Positions 1 to 10,090 of a stretch of DNA of 21,136 nt are shown piece by piece. Position 1 is the stretch's first letter, and the number at the start of each line of letters is the position of its first letter. The position numbers and the translations under genes are program-made. Under the pieces are notes generated by a model, which was given only the letters and a program-made list of their open reading frames with translations, had not been told where the DNA came from and searched no databases. Source of the DNA: Paraspadella gotoi (Eukaryota > Animalia > Chaetognatha); assembly GCA_051294375.1 (NCBI GenBank), contig CM119263.1, forward strand, positions 4,459,714-4,480,849, given 5' to 3'.

Positions 1-6
1 CGAGGA

Positions 7-126
7 TTTATCAGAAGGATTTGGAGAGAAGATTTAAAGGGGATGAATATGTAGAGGCAGGATTTATGGGGAATGAAGATTTGGTGAACAGATTTAAAGC
101 GGATGAAGATTTAGCGGGAGCATTTA
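7..126. repeat. 30-bp minisatellite (TTTAAAGGGGATGAAGATTTGG..-like)
   Basis: Units start at 33, 63, 93, 123 (exact 30-nt spacing): tttaaaggggatgaatatgtagaggcagga / tttatggggaatgaagatttggtgaacaga / tttaaagcggatgaagatttagcgggagca. Also at ~14800-15000 and, noisily, ~3280-3570. Confidence 0.8.
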
Positions 127-331
127 NNNNNNNNNNNNNNNNNNNNNNNNNNNNNNNNNNNNNNNNNNNNNNNNNNNNNNNNNNNNNNNNNNNNNNNNNN
201 NNNNNNNNNNNNNNNNNNNNNNNNNNNNNNNNNNNNNNNNNNNNNNNNNNNNNNNNNNNNNNNNNNNNNNNNNNNNNNNNNNNNNNNNNNNNNNNNNNNN
301 NNNNNNNNNNNNNNNNNNNNNNNNNNNNNNN
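127..331. other. Assembly gap (205 N)
   Basis: Run of N; its flanks match copy C, where the intervening sequence is 14930-15082. Confidence 0.99.
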
Positions 332-476
332 GCCCGCCATACCGCCCCGCCCTTCCGATTTCCGGCCGACTTCTTTTCGTCTCAAATGATTCGCCACTAG
401 TCATCCATCGCCTTTAGAAAAGGTTCTCTTTTTGCCACTGATAGAGACGGAGAGGGGAAGAAGTATTCACGTCTCA

Positions 477-479
<3 letters not shown>

Positions 480-541
<62 letters not shown>
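480..541. repeat. (CT)n microsatellite
   Basis: Perfect dinucleotide run of about 30 units. Confidence 0.99.
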
Positions 542-544
<3 letters not shown>

Positions 545-779
545 TTTTTTTCGATGTCGTCAGGGTTCCATAACTTTTTTTTCCACAACTAAAATTGTCC
601 AATTTACTAAATAGGTTTTCTTTAAAAAAATCATTTTCTTCTTCGTTTTCTATCTTACATCTTTATTAAATTTCGTAAAAATTCTTTCGAAAATTTTGTA
701 CAACTTTCTCGATCCCTGTTCATCAAAATTCGAGGAGATTAATTTTTTTTTCAGCCTAACAACTATGTAAGACAGATAA

Positions 780-1385
780 TCCCGTCGATGGGGAGAGGAA
801 TCCCCAGAGAGAGAAGATCCCGTATAGTGGGAAGGAATTCGCTTCGATGTGATGGGAGGAATTCGCGGGTGTAATGGATAGCACATGAGAGTAGAAGAGG
901 AATTATATCGTTGAGCGAGTATGGTATCCTGTGATGGAAGACAGTAAATCTGCCGCGCTGAGGAGAAGAGAAATTCTCTGTTGTGGAGAGGAAAATACAC
1001 CAGGGGGTAAGTGGGGAGTACATCACCGGGGGAACGGAATACCAGACGCGTGGCGAGAGAAATTTTCTTTTTGGTGAAAATAAATCCTGTGGTGAAGTGG
1101 AGGAGAGTCACATAGTGTGGAGGAATTTCGTACCATAACGCGGGAGGAAGATGTTCCATACCTCGCAGCGAGCAATGGCATATCAAGTCATATATCCCCG
1201 TAGTTTGGAGATGGAATTCTCTATGGAGGAAGGAATAGATTCGCAGAGTAGGGGCAGGATATTGCGCCTGCGGGGGACTTAGATGAGAAATGTCAACCGT
1301 GGTGCCAAGGAAGACAACCTTCCGTTTATCGGAGGAATCCCTATGTGTGGAAAGACCGATATACCCGCGGTGTGGTAGGAATCTT
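780..1385. repeat. Degenerate or noisy short-period tandem repeat with a GGAGGAAT(T)C core
   Basis: Recurrent variants: gagaggaatcccc (~793), ggaaggaattcgc (~830), ggaggaattcgcggg (~856), ggaggaatttcg (~1119), ggaattctc (~1214), ggaggaatccc (1331), ggtaggaatc (~1375), often preceded by gtgg. Confidence 0.55.
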
Positions 1386-4264
1386 TTTTAATTTAACGAT
1401 AGATAGAGAAGGTATATAATACATGATTGGTCTTGCAAGATCCACGACTCGCTGGGAGGGCCAAATACCCCTGCAGCCACGACGAGGAATTGTAGGTTCG
1501 AAAAGGAGAATAAGTAATAGATCGGGCTAATCGAATTTGATTTCAGAAAGAGAGAATATGACATAGAATAAAACGGAACAGAATACTGCTGTATAAGGAA
1601 GAGAATGAGAAATAATTTGGACGGAAAATGCTTTGAGTGAGAGAAAGCCAACAAGAGAAGTGGAGATAGAGAGATAGATTGGAAACAGGAAAGAAAATGT
1701 TTTATGAAGTCGGTAGAGAGTCTACTATACCACGACTCGACGCATCGCACGCGCAGATCTTGAGTACAGAACTCTTGAAGGGGTTAGAGATAATGCAGAT
1801 TAAGAGATACAAGTAGAGTGGACTTAGGGTTCACAAAGAGAGCTAGATGACTCATCATGAGAATGAGTTTACGGGTAGATTCATTTTGTGGACGGTAGGA
1901 ATAGAGACACTTGCCCAAGGGTAAAAAAAGAGAAGAAAGAAAAGAAAAGATGAAATAAAATATTGAAAGAAAAGGGAATCAACCACTTAAGAATAAAAGA
2001 GGAAAGAAATCGAAGTGATATTAATCGAGAAGAGTATTTTTCTTCACGCTGACTTCTTCAATTTACTTTTGTATTTCTTTTCTTAGTATCACTTGTGAGA
2101 ATAGAGATGGTCTTGTTGCGTTGCGTGCAGAACGAGAAAAATTAAAAAAGAAATAAAAAGGAAATAGAGAGAAAAAAAAACATTCCGGTTATTCAGTGCG
2201 GAGCAAACAATATGTGACCCTGAAGGATTGTCATAAATCGTAATAATGCGTGCGGATGAAAACTACTGGATGTTGCATTATAGAGCGTTCACTCGCGATA
2301 TCTGCGAGAGATCGAGGAGGGTGGGAAGAAAAGAGGGAGGGACGGGAGGGAGAAAGGGAGGAAGAGAGGGAGGAAGTTAGGGAGGCGCCATGGATATGAG
2401 GGTAAGAGTGAGGCACGATGGAGAGTGGTGACGGATAGGACAGATGGGAAGGAACGCAAGGAGAGTATATGATGATGTATGAGAGTAGATGATGACCGGG
2501 CGCGGTGTCAAGGAAAGGACTAGGAGAGGTAAATCTAGAGCAGAGGAGTGAAGCAGGTGAGAAATAGAGAAAGATTAGTATTAGGTAGAAGGTGAGGTAA
2601 GAGGTATATCTATCATTGTGATGTAATGGAGAGATGTTGAATGTCACTTTCGAATATATGTTTAGTTAAGACTGTATCGAGAGAAGACAAGGAGACGAGA
2701 GGGCACAGAGAAAAAATGCGCTAGACGAAAGTGAATCAAAAGTGATGCAACGAGAAGATGAATGTTAAAATAATTCAAAGGTCCTGCGATCGAACCCTGA
2801 GAAAACATATTCGGTTCTGGCTTTTACTTTAGATTATTCATGCTCGTGTAACGAGAGAGTGAGTCAGGGTCATATGAGAGTCGATATAACAGCAAAATTA
2901 GGAAATTACTTTTCGCAGAGATCACTCATATTAGGATCTATGACACTTAACTTTTCAGCATACAAATTGAGTAACTTTTAGAAGTAGCTCAACAAATCAT
3001 ATTACAATATCATTCGAGAGAAAGCCACAAATATGTCAGAGTGCTGTTGTGTCCGAGATTTCAGAGAATACAATTTTATTATAGCGTTGTACGCGGAGAG
3101 GATCTTCTGAAGAGGACGCAGGTAGTCTCTTAGTCTGTAGAGCTAGTCGAGGCAGTATAAGCAGAGGTGATGGTGTAGACACTATTGTAGGTTTGGTATT
3201 TGTGTAAGTTATGTGCACGATATATAGATTATAGAGTAAGAGTCATAGATGAGACGAGCGTATTTCTTATTTTGAGATCAGGTATTTTATGTGTAGGAGC
3301 ATAGATTGTTATAGGGGATTGAATCATTTTTGTTATGAGGATTGCGATTTTTATTGAGAGGAAAATCGAGAAGGATTTAATGTGAACATCGTGTAATATT
3401 GCTGAGCATAAGGCGAGCGATGTATAGCACTAGTTATGTTTCGTCGTATGCATTCACTTAAGTGCTACACGTAAAGTATTGGAGAGAGAAGATTTCAAGA
3501 CGGGAGTTGAAGCAAGTAATATGAGAAGACTATGGCACAGTGATATGCTATCAGAGTAAAATGATATTTCGCGCCGAAAGTAGCTACTCCACTCCCCCGC
3601 CAAACCGGCCGCGAGACCAAAATGACACTCGAGCACTTCACCGCATGAATATGTCACTCGCTCTAATTATCACTCTCCGGTATAGAACTTAATTCGTGGT
3701 CCTTTTATCCGCGATTTCCGGTATCGCATCATTTGGCCTAATCTTCTCTATTTCCACATCCCATACATATATGGAGGCGCGCTTATCCACACTCTCGAGT
3801 ACCATTATCAATACTCATGGTTATCAGAGCCTTTCGAAATAGAGAGTTTCTACTTTGTTGTTTATGAGTCCCACTGAGACTAAGAGACCGAATGCAGGGA
3901 ATGAAGCTTATTTACATGAATTCACAGTTCTACCTAATCTATCTAATCCATTTCTCTCATTTCATCCATCTCTCTCTTAATCACACTCTTATTATCGCTA
4001 TCACAATCCATTAGTCTTTTTTTTTACTTATTTTTTTATTAATTTTCATTCTTTTGATAGTAACGTCTGGCGAGATCAACTATACGTTTTAAAATCTTTT
4101 TAATCTTTGGTGATTCAATTAGGGAAAAAACAGAGTTTTTGTGTTTACAGTCACGATTTTTAGATGTTTTTTTTGAGTTTTTTTTCACGCATACTATCAA
4201 AAACGCAATCTCACTCGTAAAAGAAAGGAATATACAATGAGTTCAATGCATCATCTTCACTAAA

Positions 4265-4631
4265 ATGTTATTCTCACAGGAGATAATACATGCTTCTCTT
4301 TTTGAAGGCAGTCGGCGAACCAGAATACAGGAAAGAGCGTTGGTTGAAAAACTGAAAGCAAACCTCTGTCTTTATGATAAACGCAAGCACGTCTTGCTTG
4401 AACTACCTGGGTAATTTAATTTTTTTATCTCCATTTTAAAAATTTCTTTTGATGAAAAGGAAAAATACACGCGTGCGAATATAATAACTTATTTTTAGGT
4501 TGGCTACCACGCCAGAATGTTATCGAAAGCAGCTTCATGGAAACGTTAGGCTAAAGGAGATTCGGACTAAGGATATTTTCGGACTGCAAACTACGATTGA
4601 ATTTATCGCATTCTGTCGCCGGGCTAATTAA
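4265..4631 (+). CDS. Putative two-exon ORF, 92 aa (exons 4265-4410 and 4499-4631), unknown product; may be the 3' end of a longer gene using the acceptor at 4278-4279
   Basis: 88-nt AT-rich intron GTAATT...TTTTTAG (4411-4498). Phase-2 splicing gives an open frame MLFSQEIIHASLFEGSRRTRIQERALVEKLKANLCLYDKRKHVLLELPG-LATTPECYRKQLHGNVRLKEIRTKDIFGLQTTIEFIAFCRRAN*. Exons are more GC-rich than the intron. Confidence 0.5.
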
Positions 4632-4950
4632 GCAAAAAATCCCGTCCCGTTGAAATGAACATTTTTTGAATCATTGAACAGTTACGTCTTTTGCTTTTTA
4701 GAAGTATATTTAGACTGTCAGCGCTTCTGCACCGTTTTGCTGTGTTTTTCCCATTTCATTCATGCTAAATCACTCGTACATATTTTAATAAAGCGATTGT
4801 GAACAAGTAAAAGTTTTTGTGACTCCTCGGGGATGCCTGATTAATAGTTTTGTGTTAATTTTAATTAAATGTTTTTGGTTGTTGGTATATAAAATTAGAA
4901 AACAGGAAGAGGAAAAAATGAAACTTTGACTTCATGTAAATTAAAGGCAT

Positions 4951-5161
4951 GTGCTACGGTCTCTCATGAACACGATGGAAACAGAGATCATGCGGACCTC
5001 TGCAGAAGAGGCGCCGGCGCTTTTTGGAACAACGCAGATAGACATAAAGCTCCGTCGCTTTGAGAAAGTTGGCACCGCCTCGCTGCGTTTAAGCGGACAA
5101 ATCAACGCGGAGAGCTTAATAGTTCAGCCCCAGACAAAAGCAGGCCGCTGCTCAATGGCAG
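4951..5161 (+). CDS. Possible coding exon fragment, unknown product
   Basis: GC-balanced, non-repetitive open frame (MNTMETEIMRTSAEEAPALFGTTQIDIKLRRFEKVG...) in AT-rich surroundings, ending at a possible donor CAG|GTGCAT. No family recognised. Confidence 0.25.
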
Positions 5162-5693
5162 GTGCATATAGCATCATAAATACAATTATTTGTTTCCTTC
5201 GGAGATGTATGTTTTCCCACCTCAATTGTTTTCTCGGCGACCCGACGCGACGGTGCATTAGAGTACTGGGAGCTCTCCTCCCGCTCGGCTCTCTCCTCCT
5301 GTTCTCGTAGTGCCGTCAGTCTCTCGAGCGTGGAGGTCTCTCTCTCCTGGTCTCTCGATTTTTTTTTTCGATGTCGTCAGGGTTCCATAACTTTTTTTTT
5401 TCCACACTAAATTGTCGCCAATTTAACTAAATAGGTTTTCTTTAAAAAAATCATTTTCTTCTTCGTTTTCTAATCTTCATCTTTATTAAAATTCGTAAAA
5501 ATTCTTTCGAAAATTTTGTACAACTTTCTCGATCCCTCTGTCATCAATAATTCGCGAAAAAAAAAGGTGAAGCCGCATTAAGCTCCATCAACAACGACAA
5601 ACACAACAACGAACAAACGACAACATCTCTGCAATCGACCATCTTCTTCCTGGCATTGACTTTTTTTTGGCGAAGTCGGACGGGCGTGGTTAA

Positions 5694-8600
5694 GGGGACC
5701 GCCCAGTGATAAAAAATGATCATTAAGCTTTTAAGGGTCTATCATCAAAGGAATTTGAATGGTGATAAGTCATTAATTTTTCTTGGCACGGGAAAGTGCA
5801 AAAAAATTCTATATTTTAATTCTTATGCGGAAAAACAAAATTTAATAATTATGAAAAAAAAAATTAGTTGACCCTACCTAAATATTTATAATAATCCAAT
5901 TAATTTTATTTTTGCATTAGGAAAGTATTTTTTTACTAATTCCAATTCTTTTATTTTTTATTGTAGCAAAAGCTATAAATTTTAGGTTTAAGCCTCATTG
6001 TAACAAAGGCTTATGTTTTATTTGTTTATTGTTTTTTCCTTTTTTTGGTTTTTGGTTAACAAAGGACTAATAATTTTTTATTTTTAATTTTAGATTAAAA
6101 GCAGAGAGCAAATCAGAACCTAAATTCTATTCTTACAGAACAAAACTGTAATAATTATTAATTAATATTCATATTCATTCGCGCTTAAATGTATAATTAA
6201 ACTATATTGGATTGCTAATTGTAATAATTAAAAATTAAGCAAAAGTACAGAATCTTTTCTCTTCTTAATATATTTATATTACTTCAGAAGAGTTTGTGAT
6301 TTTTTCATCGCATTAACAGAATCATTTGAAAAGAAAGTTTAAAAATAAAATCAGTCGATACCTTAAAATTTTGATTCATTCCTAGTTTTTTTCTTTAAAT
6401 TTTTATGATAAAAGCGTGAAAATCTTTTTAAAATTAGATCTTACCCTTTTTTGGAAAAGAAAAATTTTAAACTTGAAAAAGATTTTCTTCTTTACGGCGG
6501 ATTTTTTAAAGAAAATGAAGCTCGGCTGATTTTTATCGAATTTTTTAACTACTTTCGCCAAATGATTATAGAAGAAAAAATTAATATGATCAGAACCAGC
6601 TTAAGGAGTATAGGAGTCAGCCAAAACGTTGAACGGAAAAAATCTGAAACTTTGCTATCGCTGGAACGTCCTATCCAGTCTGACAACGTTGTTTCAATTT
6701 TCAACTTCCATACCTAAAACGCTGAATGTGTTATATACAAGCCCAATTTTTAGTTCATATAACCACTTATAAGCCCTGGATTGGCTTTCTTTCTCAAAAG
6801 TGAAAACTCAAACACCATAAACTCCCTCAGGTCGGGTCAAAAAGTATTAAAGTAACATTTAGAAAAAAAAGAAAATTTCACATGTTTTATATAGTGCAAA
6901 AGTTTTCACCTGCTTATATGAAATTAAACAATTCCAATTGAAAGATGCATTCTCATAAAGTAACTCCTCTTCATTAGCGAATCAAGCATTACTTGTAATT
7001 GTTTTAATTTAGGTCTCGAGATATAAGCTTGAAGAAGATTTTAAACTCGCTAATGACTGTAGAACGTATAAAGTTTTATCGGCAGTAAAGGATATGTAAA
7101 AATATTCTCTGTCTTTTACATAAAACTAAAAACTCATAATCTGAAAAGAATCTTTAAAAATGTTTTGAAAAAATCTTCCTTTTAATGTTGTTAAAGGTCA
7201 CCAATAATAGTCAGAAAAAAAATAATTTATCTGACACTAGTAAATAAAAAAATTGCTTTGTTTGAAATTGTGTTGGAGCGGAATTCGCATCAAACGGACA
7301 TTTAAAAAGTTATTGATGCAAGCATCATTAGCATCACCAGCAGAACAGTTTTGGCAGAAGGTAATTGGAATAATAAAAAGAACTCTTTTCCTATTTATTT
7401 AATTTATATGTTTTAATTGCATTAGAAGAAGTTTGAAAATTATTTCAATAACGATTTTATATTATCAGAGAAAAACGTAGCATGTTTGCGGCTTTTGTTG
7501 CAACGCTTCATCAGCGTTAATAGTTATATGTAAAAAAGTTAAACAAAATCTGTGCAAAAGAAAAGAGAGAAAGAAGAGAGGAAAAATAGAAGAGAGGGCA
7601 AGAATAATTGATAAAGAACAGTGGTCAAGATGGTGAGGAGAGGCTAAAAGGTGAGGGACAGATTGAGTTAGTTTTGAAAAGAAGTGAAAATGGTAAGACA
7701 ATCAAATTAACGCTGATGAAGGCTTTGAACAAGCCCATGTACGTTTTTTTCTCTAAAAAAATAATAATCATTGTTGAAAACTACAAATTTCAGAACTTCT
7801 TGCTAATTCTAAACAAACACAATGAAAAAGAAAAAGGATTTTATAACAACAAATGTTTATTCATGTACATTCATATTCATATTCATGATTCAAGTTCTAA
7901 ATAAAAGGGTAAATTGGGTAAAAATATAAAAAAAATTTAAGCTATATTTTTTTTTTAAGTGGGTCGCACTATTAAAGAGGTCATACGTGTATCAAAAATA
8001 CATCCAGAAAAAGCAAGACCTTGAGCTTGGCTAGGTTCTTGATTCATTTGGTAGTAGATTTAATAAATTTTCCTTTTCAGTGGCGAAACAAGAGTGAAAA
8101 AGTATATTGTGCCGTGCAATGAAAATCTTGGTCTCAAACAATGCAGAAAAAAATATGCAAATTTGATCTAATGGAATTAAGGTATTGAAATACTTGGAAT
8201 AATTCTAAAAATGAGAATTATGTTTAATTGACAAAATCTTATTTTATCAGGAAGCAAAAAAATCATGTGTTAGTTACTTATGGAAGATAATCACTTGCAG
8301 CCAAGTTTTTATTGTGGAGAGATAGAGAATATGCTGGCAGCTGTAAACTTTATGTTATCAAAATAGTCCTAATCTCTCTCAAGAGGGATATTTCAAAAAA
8401 CAATCATTAATATTGCTAGCAGATACCAGGAAATTATTGTTTTTAAAAAGTGTAAATTATTTTTTAAGTCACACTCAAACTTTTGTGATTTGTTGTAATG
8501 CTTGCTCACAATCTCGGCAGCATAAAATTAAATGATAATACTCATTTGACTTTACATAAAATTTTTTGATGGCCTGAGGAGTATAAACGCGTTTAACTAT

Positions 8601-8734
8601 AGCGTCATGGCAAGATGACGCTAATTTTTTTTTAAATCTGGATGAATAAAAATTCTTTTGTAAAGAAAAAAAAAAACTTTTTGAAGGTGCTCAATGTTTT
8701 CAGTTTTACCCGCCGCCCTGTTCACATTGGTCCC
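5694..8734. mobile_element. TTAA-targeting DNA transposon, Kolobok-like, 3041 bp, no recognisable intact transposase
   Basis: Left junction gggcgtgg-TTAA(5690-5693)-GGGGACCgcccaGTGA; right junction TCACattGGTCCC-TTAgAgcggaagg (8735 onward). Copy C has the empty site gggcgttg-TTAA-gcgaagg (15754-15757). A TTAA target with RR...YY ends and short imperfect TIRs fits Kolobok rather than piggyBac (CCY...RGG). Confidence 0.8.
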
Positions 8735-8979
8735 TTAGAGCGGAAGGAGGAGGAGAGGGGCAGAGAAGAAGGGAGGAGGGTAGAGGGGGAGGAGGGGGAG
8801 GAGGAAGAGGGAGAGGAGGGGGAGAAAGAGGGAAGAAAAGGAAGAGGAGGAGGAGGAGGAGGGAGGAGGAGGAGAGAAGGAAGGAGGGAGGGAGAAGACA
8901 CGGTAGAATTGAGAGGTGGAGTGGGGGGGGTAGAGAGCGAAGACTGCGCCTCTATTGAAAAAGATGGCTACGTCCACTG

Positions 8980-9004
8980 NNNNNNNNNNNNNNNNNNNNN
9001 NNNN
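8980..9004. other. Assembly gap (25 N), probably zero true length
   Basis: Copy C reads ...ccactgccgccgttgccg... contiguously (~15928-15945). Confidence 0.95.
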
Positions 9005-9270
9005 CCGCCGTTGCCGCTGCCGCCGCCGTTCCCGCTACCGCCCGTGTTGCAAAGGCGGAGCGCGAAGAAAAGGGAACTTAGCGACCCCGGGCCCGACGAT
9101 CGACCCAAGGCTCTGAGCCGTCTGGGCTGTCGGGCCCGCTCGGGCCGTAGTGGCCGATCAACGGTCGGGGCCCGTAAAAAAAAGGGAGCTTTTCTGGCAT
9201 CCGTTGACAGCGGCGAGACTGAGACGGCGGCGGCGGCGATGGCGGCGGCGGCGATGGGCGGCGGCGGCGG
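9005..9270 (+). ncRNA. Candidate GC-rich structured RNA domain (long stem capped by a three-way junction), family unknown
   Basis: Nested pairs: (CCG)n-like arm/(CGG)n arm; GGCGGA 9054-59/TCCGTT 9200-05 (G-U); AGAAAAG 9066-72/CTTTTCT 9189-95; CGACC 9082-86/GGTCG 9163-67; CGGGCCCGAC 9088-97/GTCGGGCCCG 9129-38 enclosing CCCA/TGGG and GGCT/AGCC; TCGG(G)CC 9140-46/GGCCGA 9152-57. Transcription is not shown. Confidence 0.4.
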
Positions 9271-9360
9271 CTTTGAAGGCGAAACCGCCAGAAAATGTGT
9301 TAAAAAGAGAAAATAGTCGTCTGCTAGAAAATCTTTTCGCGCTGTTGCCAAGTCGAAGAA

Positions 9361-9365
<5 letters not shown>

Positions 9366-9404
<39 letters not shown>

Positions 9405-9658
9405 CCTCTCGTCTCCTTCTCTCTCCTCTCTTGTCTCTCTCTCTCTCTCTCTCTCCATCTCTTCTCTCTCTCATCCATGTTAGACAACGGCTCGTAAAAA
9501 GGTATATCTCATTCTTGCCAAATATGGTGGGGATTTTATGGTGGGGACCAGCGGTTCCTCCCCGAAAAAAGCTCGTGGCCCGAGCGATGGAGCGAAAGAG
9601 AGAGAAGAAAGAGAGAGAAAGAAAGAGAGAGCAGAGAGAGAGAGGAGAGAGAGAGAGA

Positions 9659-9699
<41 letters not shown>
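9366..9699. repeat. Opposed (CT)n (9366-9472) and (GA)n (9597-9699) microsatellites around a small hairpin-rich spacer
   Basis: Direct reading; the same arrangement is at 16279-16600. Confidence 0.95.
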
Positions 9700-9701
<2 letters not shown>

Positions 9702-9949
9702 TTTAAAGTCGTTTCATGAAGCGAATCTCTCTCCCACTATGGTGCAGCTTATGACATCGAGAGGTGCCCATAGCCCCTTTCGCCGAGTGGATTCAAAAGA
9801 GTACACTGAATCAAATGAACTAAATATAACTAAATAAAACGGGCTAAATAAAGTGAACTTTTAAACTTTTGGTCATTTTTCTGAGTCAATTTGGGAGTGA
9901 AATATCCTAATTTAGAAAAGTATTTCTGTTCCCTCTTCCCCTTTTTCTT

Positions 9950-10090
9950 TTCTTTCTTCTTCCTTCCTTCTTCCTTCCTTCCTTCCTTCCTCTCCTTCCT
10001 TCCTTCTTCCTTCTTCTTCCTTCCTTCCTTCCTTCCTTCCTTCCTTCCTTCTTCTTCCTTCCTTCCTTTTTTTCTTTCTTTCTCTTACTC
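9950..10090. repeat. (CCTT)n / (CTT)n microsatellite
   Basis: Direct reading; paralogous tract at ~16855-16965. Confidence 0.95.

Larger units (their letters stand above)
1..735 (+). repeat. Copy A (partial) of the multi-kb direct repeat unit
   Basis: 1-126 matches ~14797-14929; 332-480 matches ~15083-15235; 541-733 (cgatttttttttcgatgtcgtcagggttccataac...cgatccctgttcatcaaaattcg) matches 5356-5554 and ~15416-15618. Confidence 0.92.
4010..5270. mobile_element. Copy-B-specific ~1.25-kb block inside a (CT)n tract; putative insertion of unknown class
   Basis: Copy A has an uninterrupted (CT)n between ctcactat (473-480) and cgatttttttttcgatgtcg (541). Copy B has noisy CT-rich sequence on both sides (~3950-4010, ~5270-5355) of this unrelated AT-rich block. 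No clear TIR or TSD is visible. Confidence 0.45.

Noticed and set aside
650-3657. Minus-strand ORFs of 60-178 aa
   Set aside because: They lie in the garbled purine-rich copy, have no recognisable domain and are not preserved in the cleaner copy C.
5690-8738. piggyBac assignment for the TTAA element
   Set aside because: piggyBac ends are CCY...RGG; this element starts GGGG and ends CCC.
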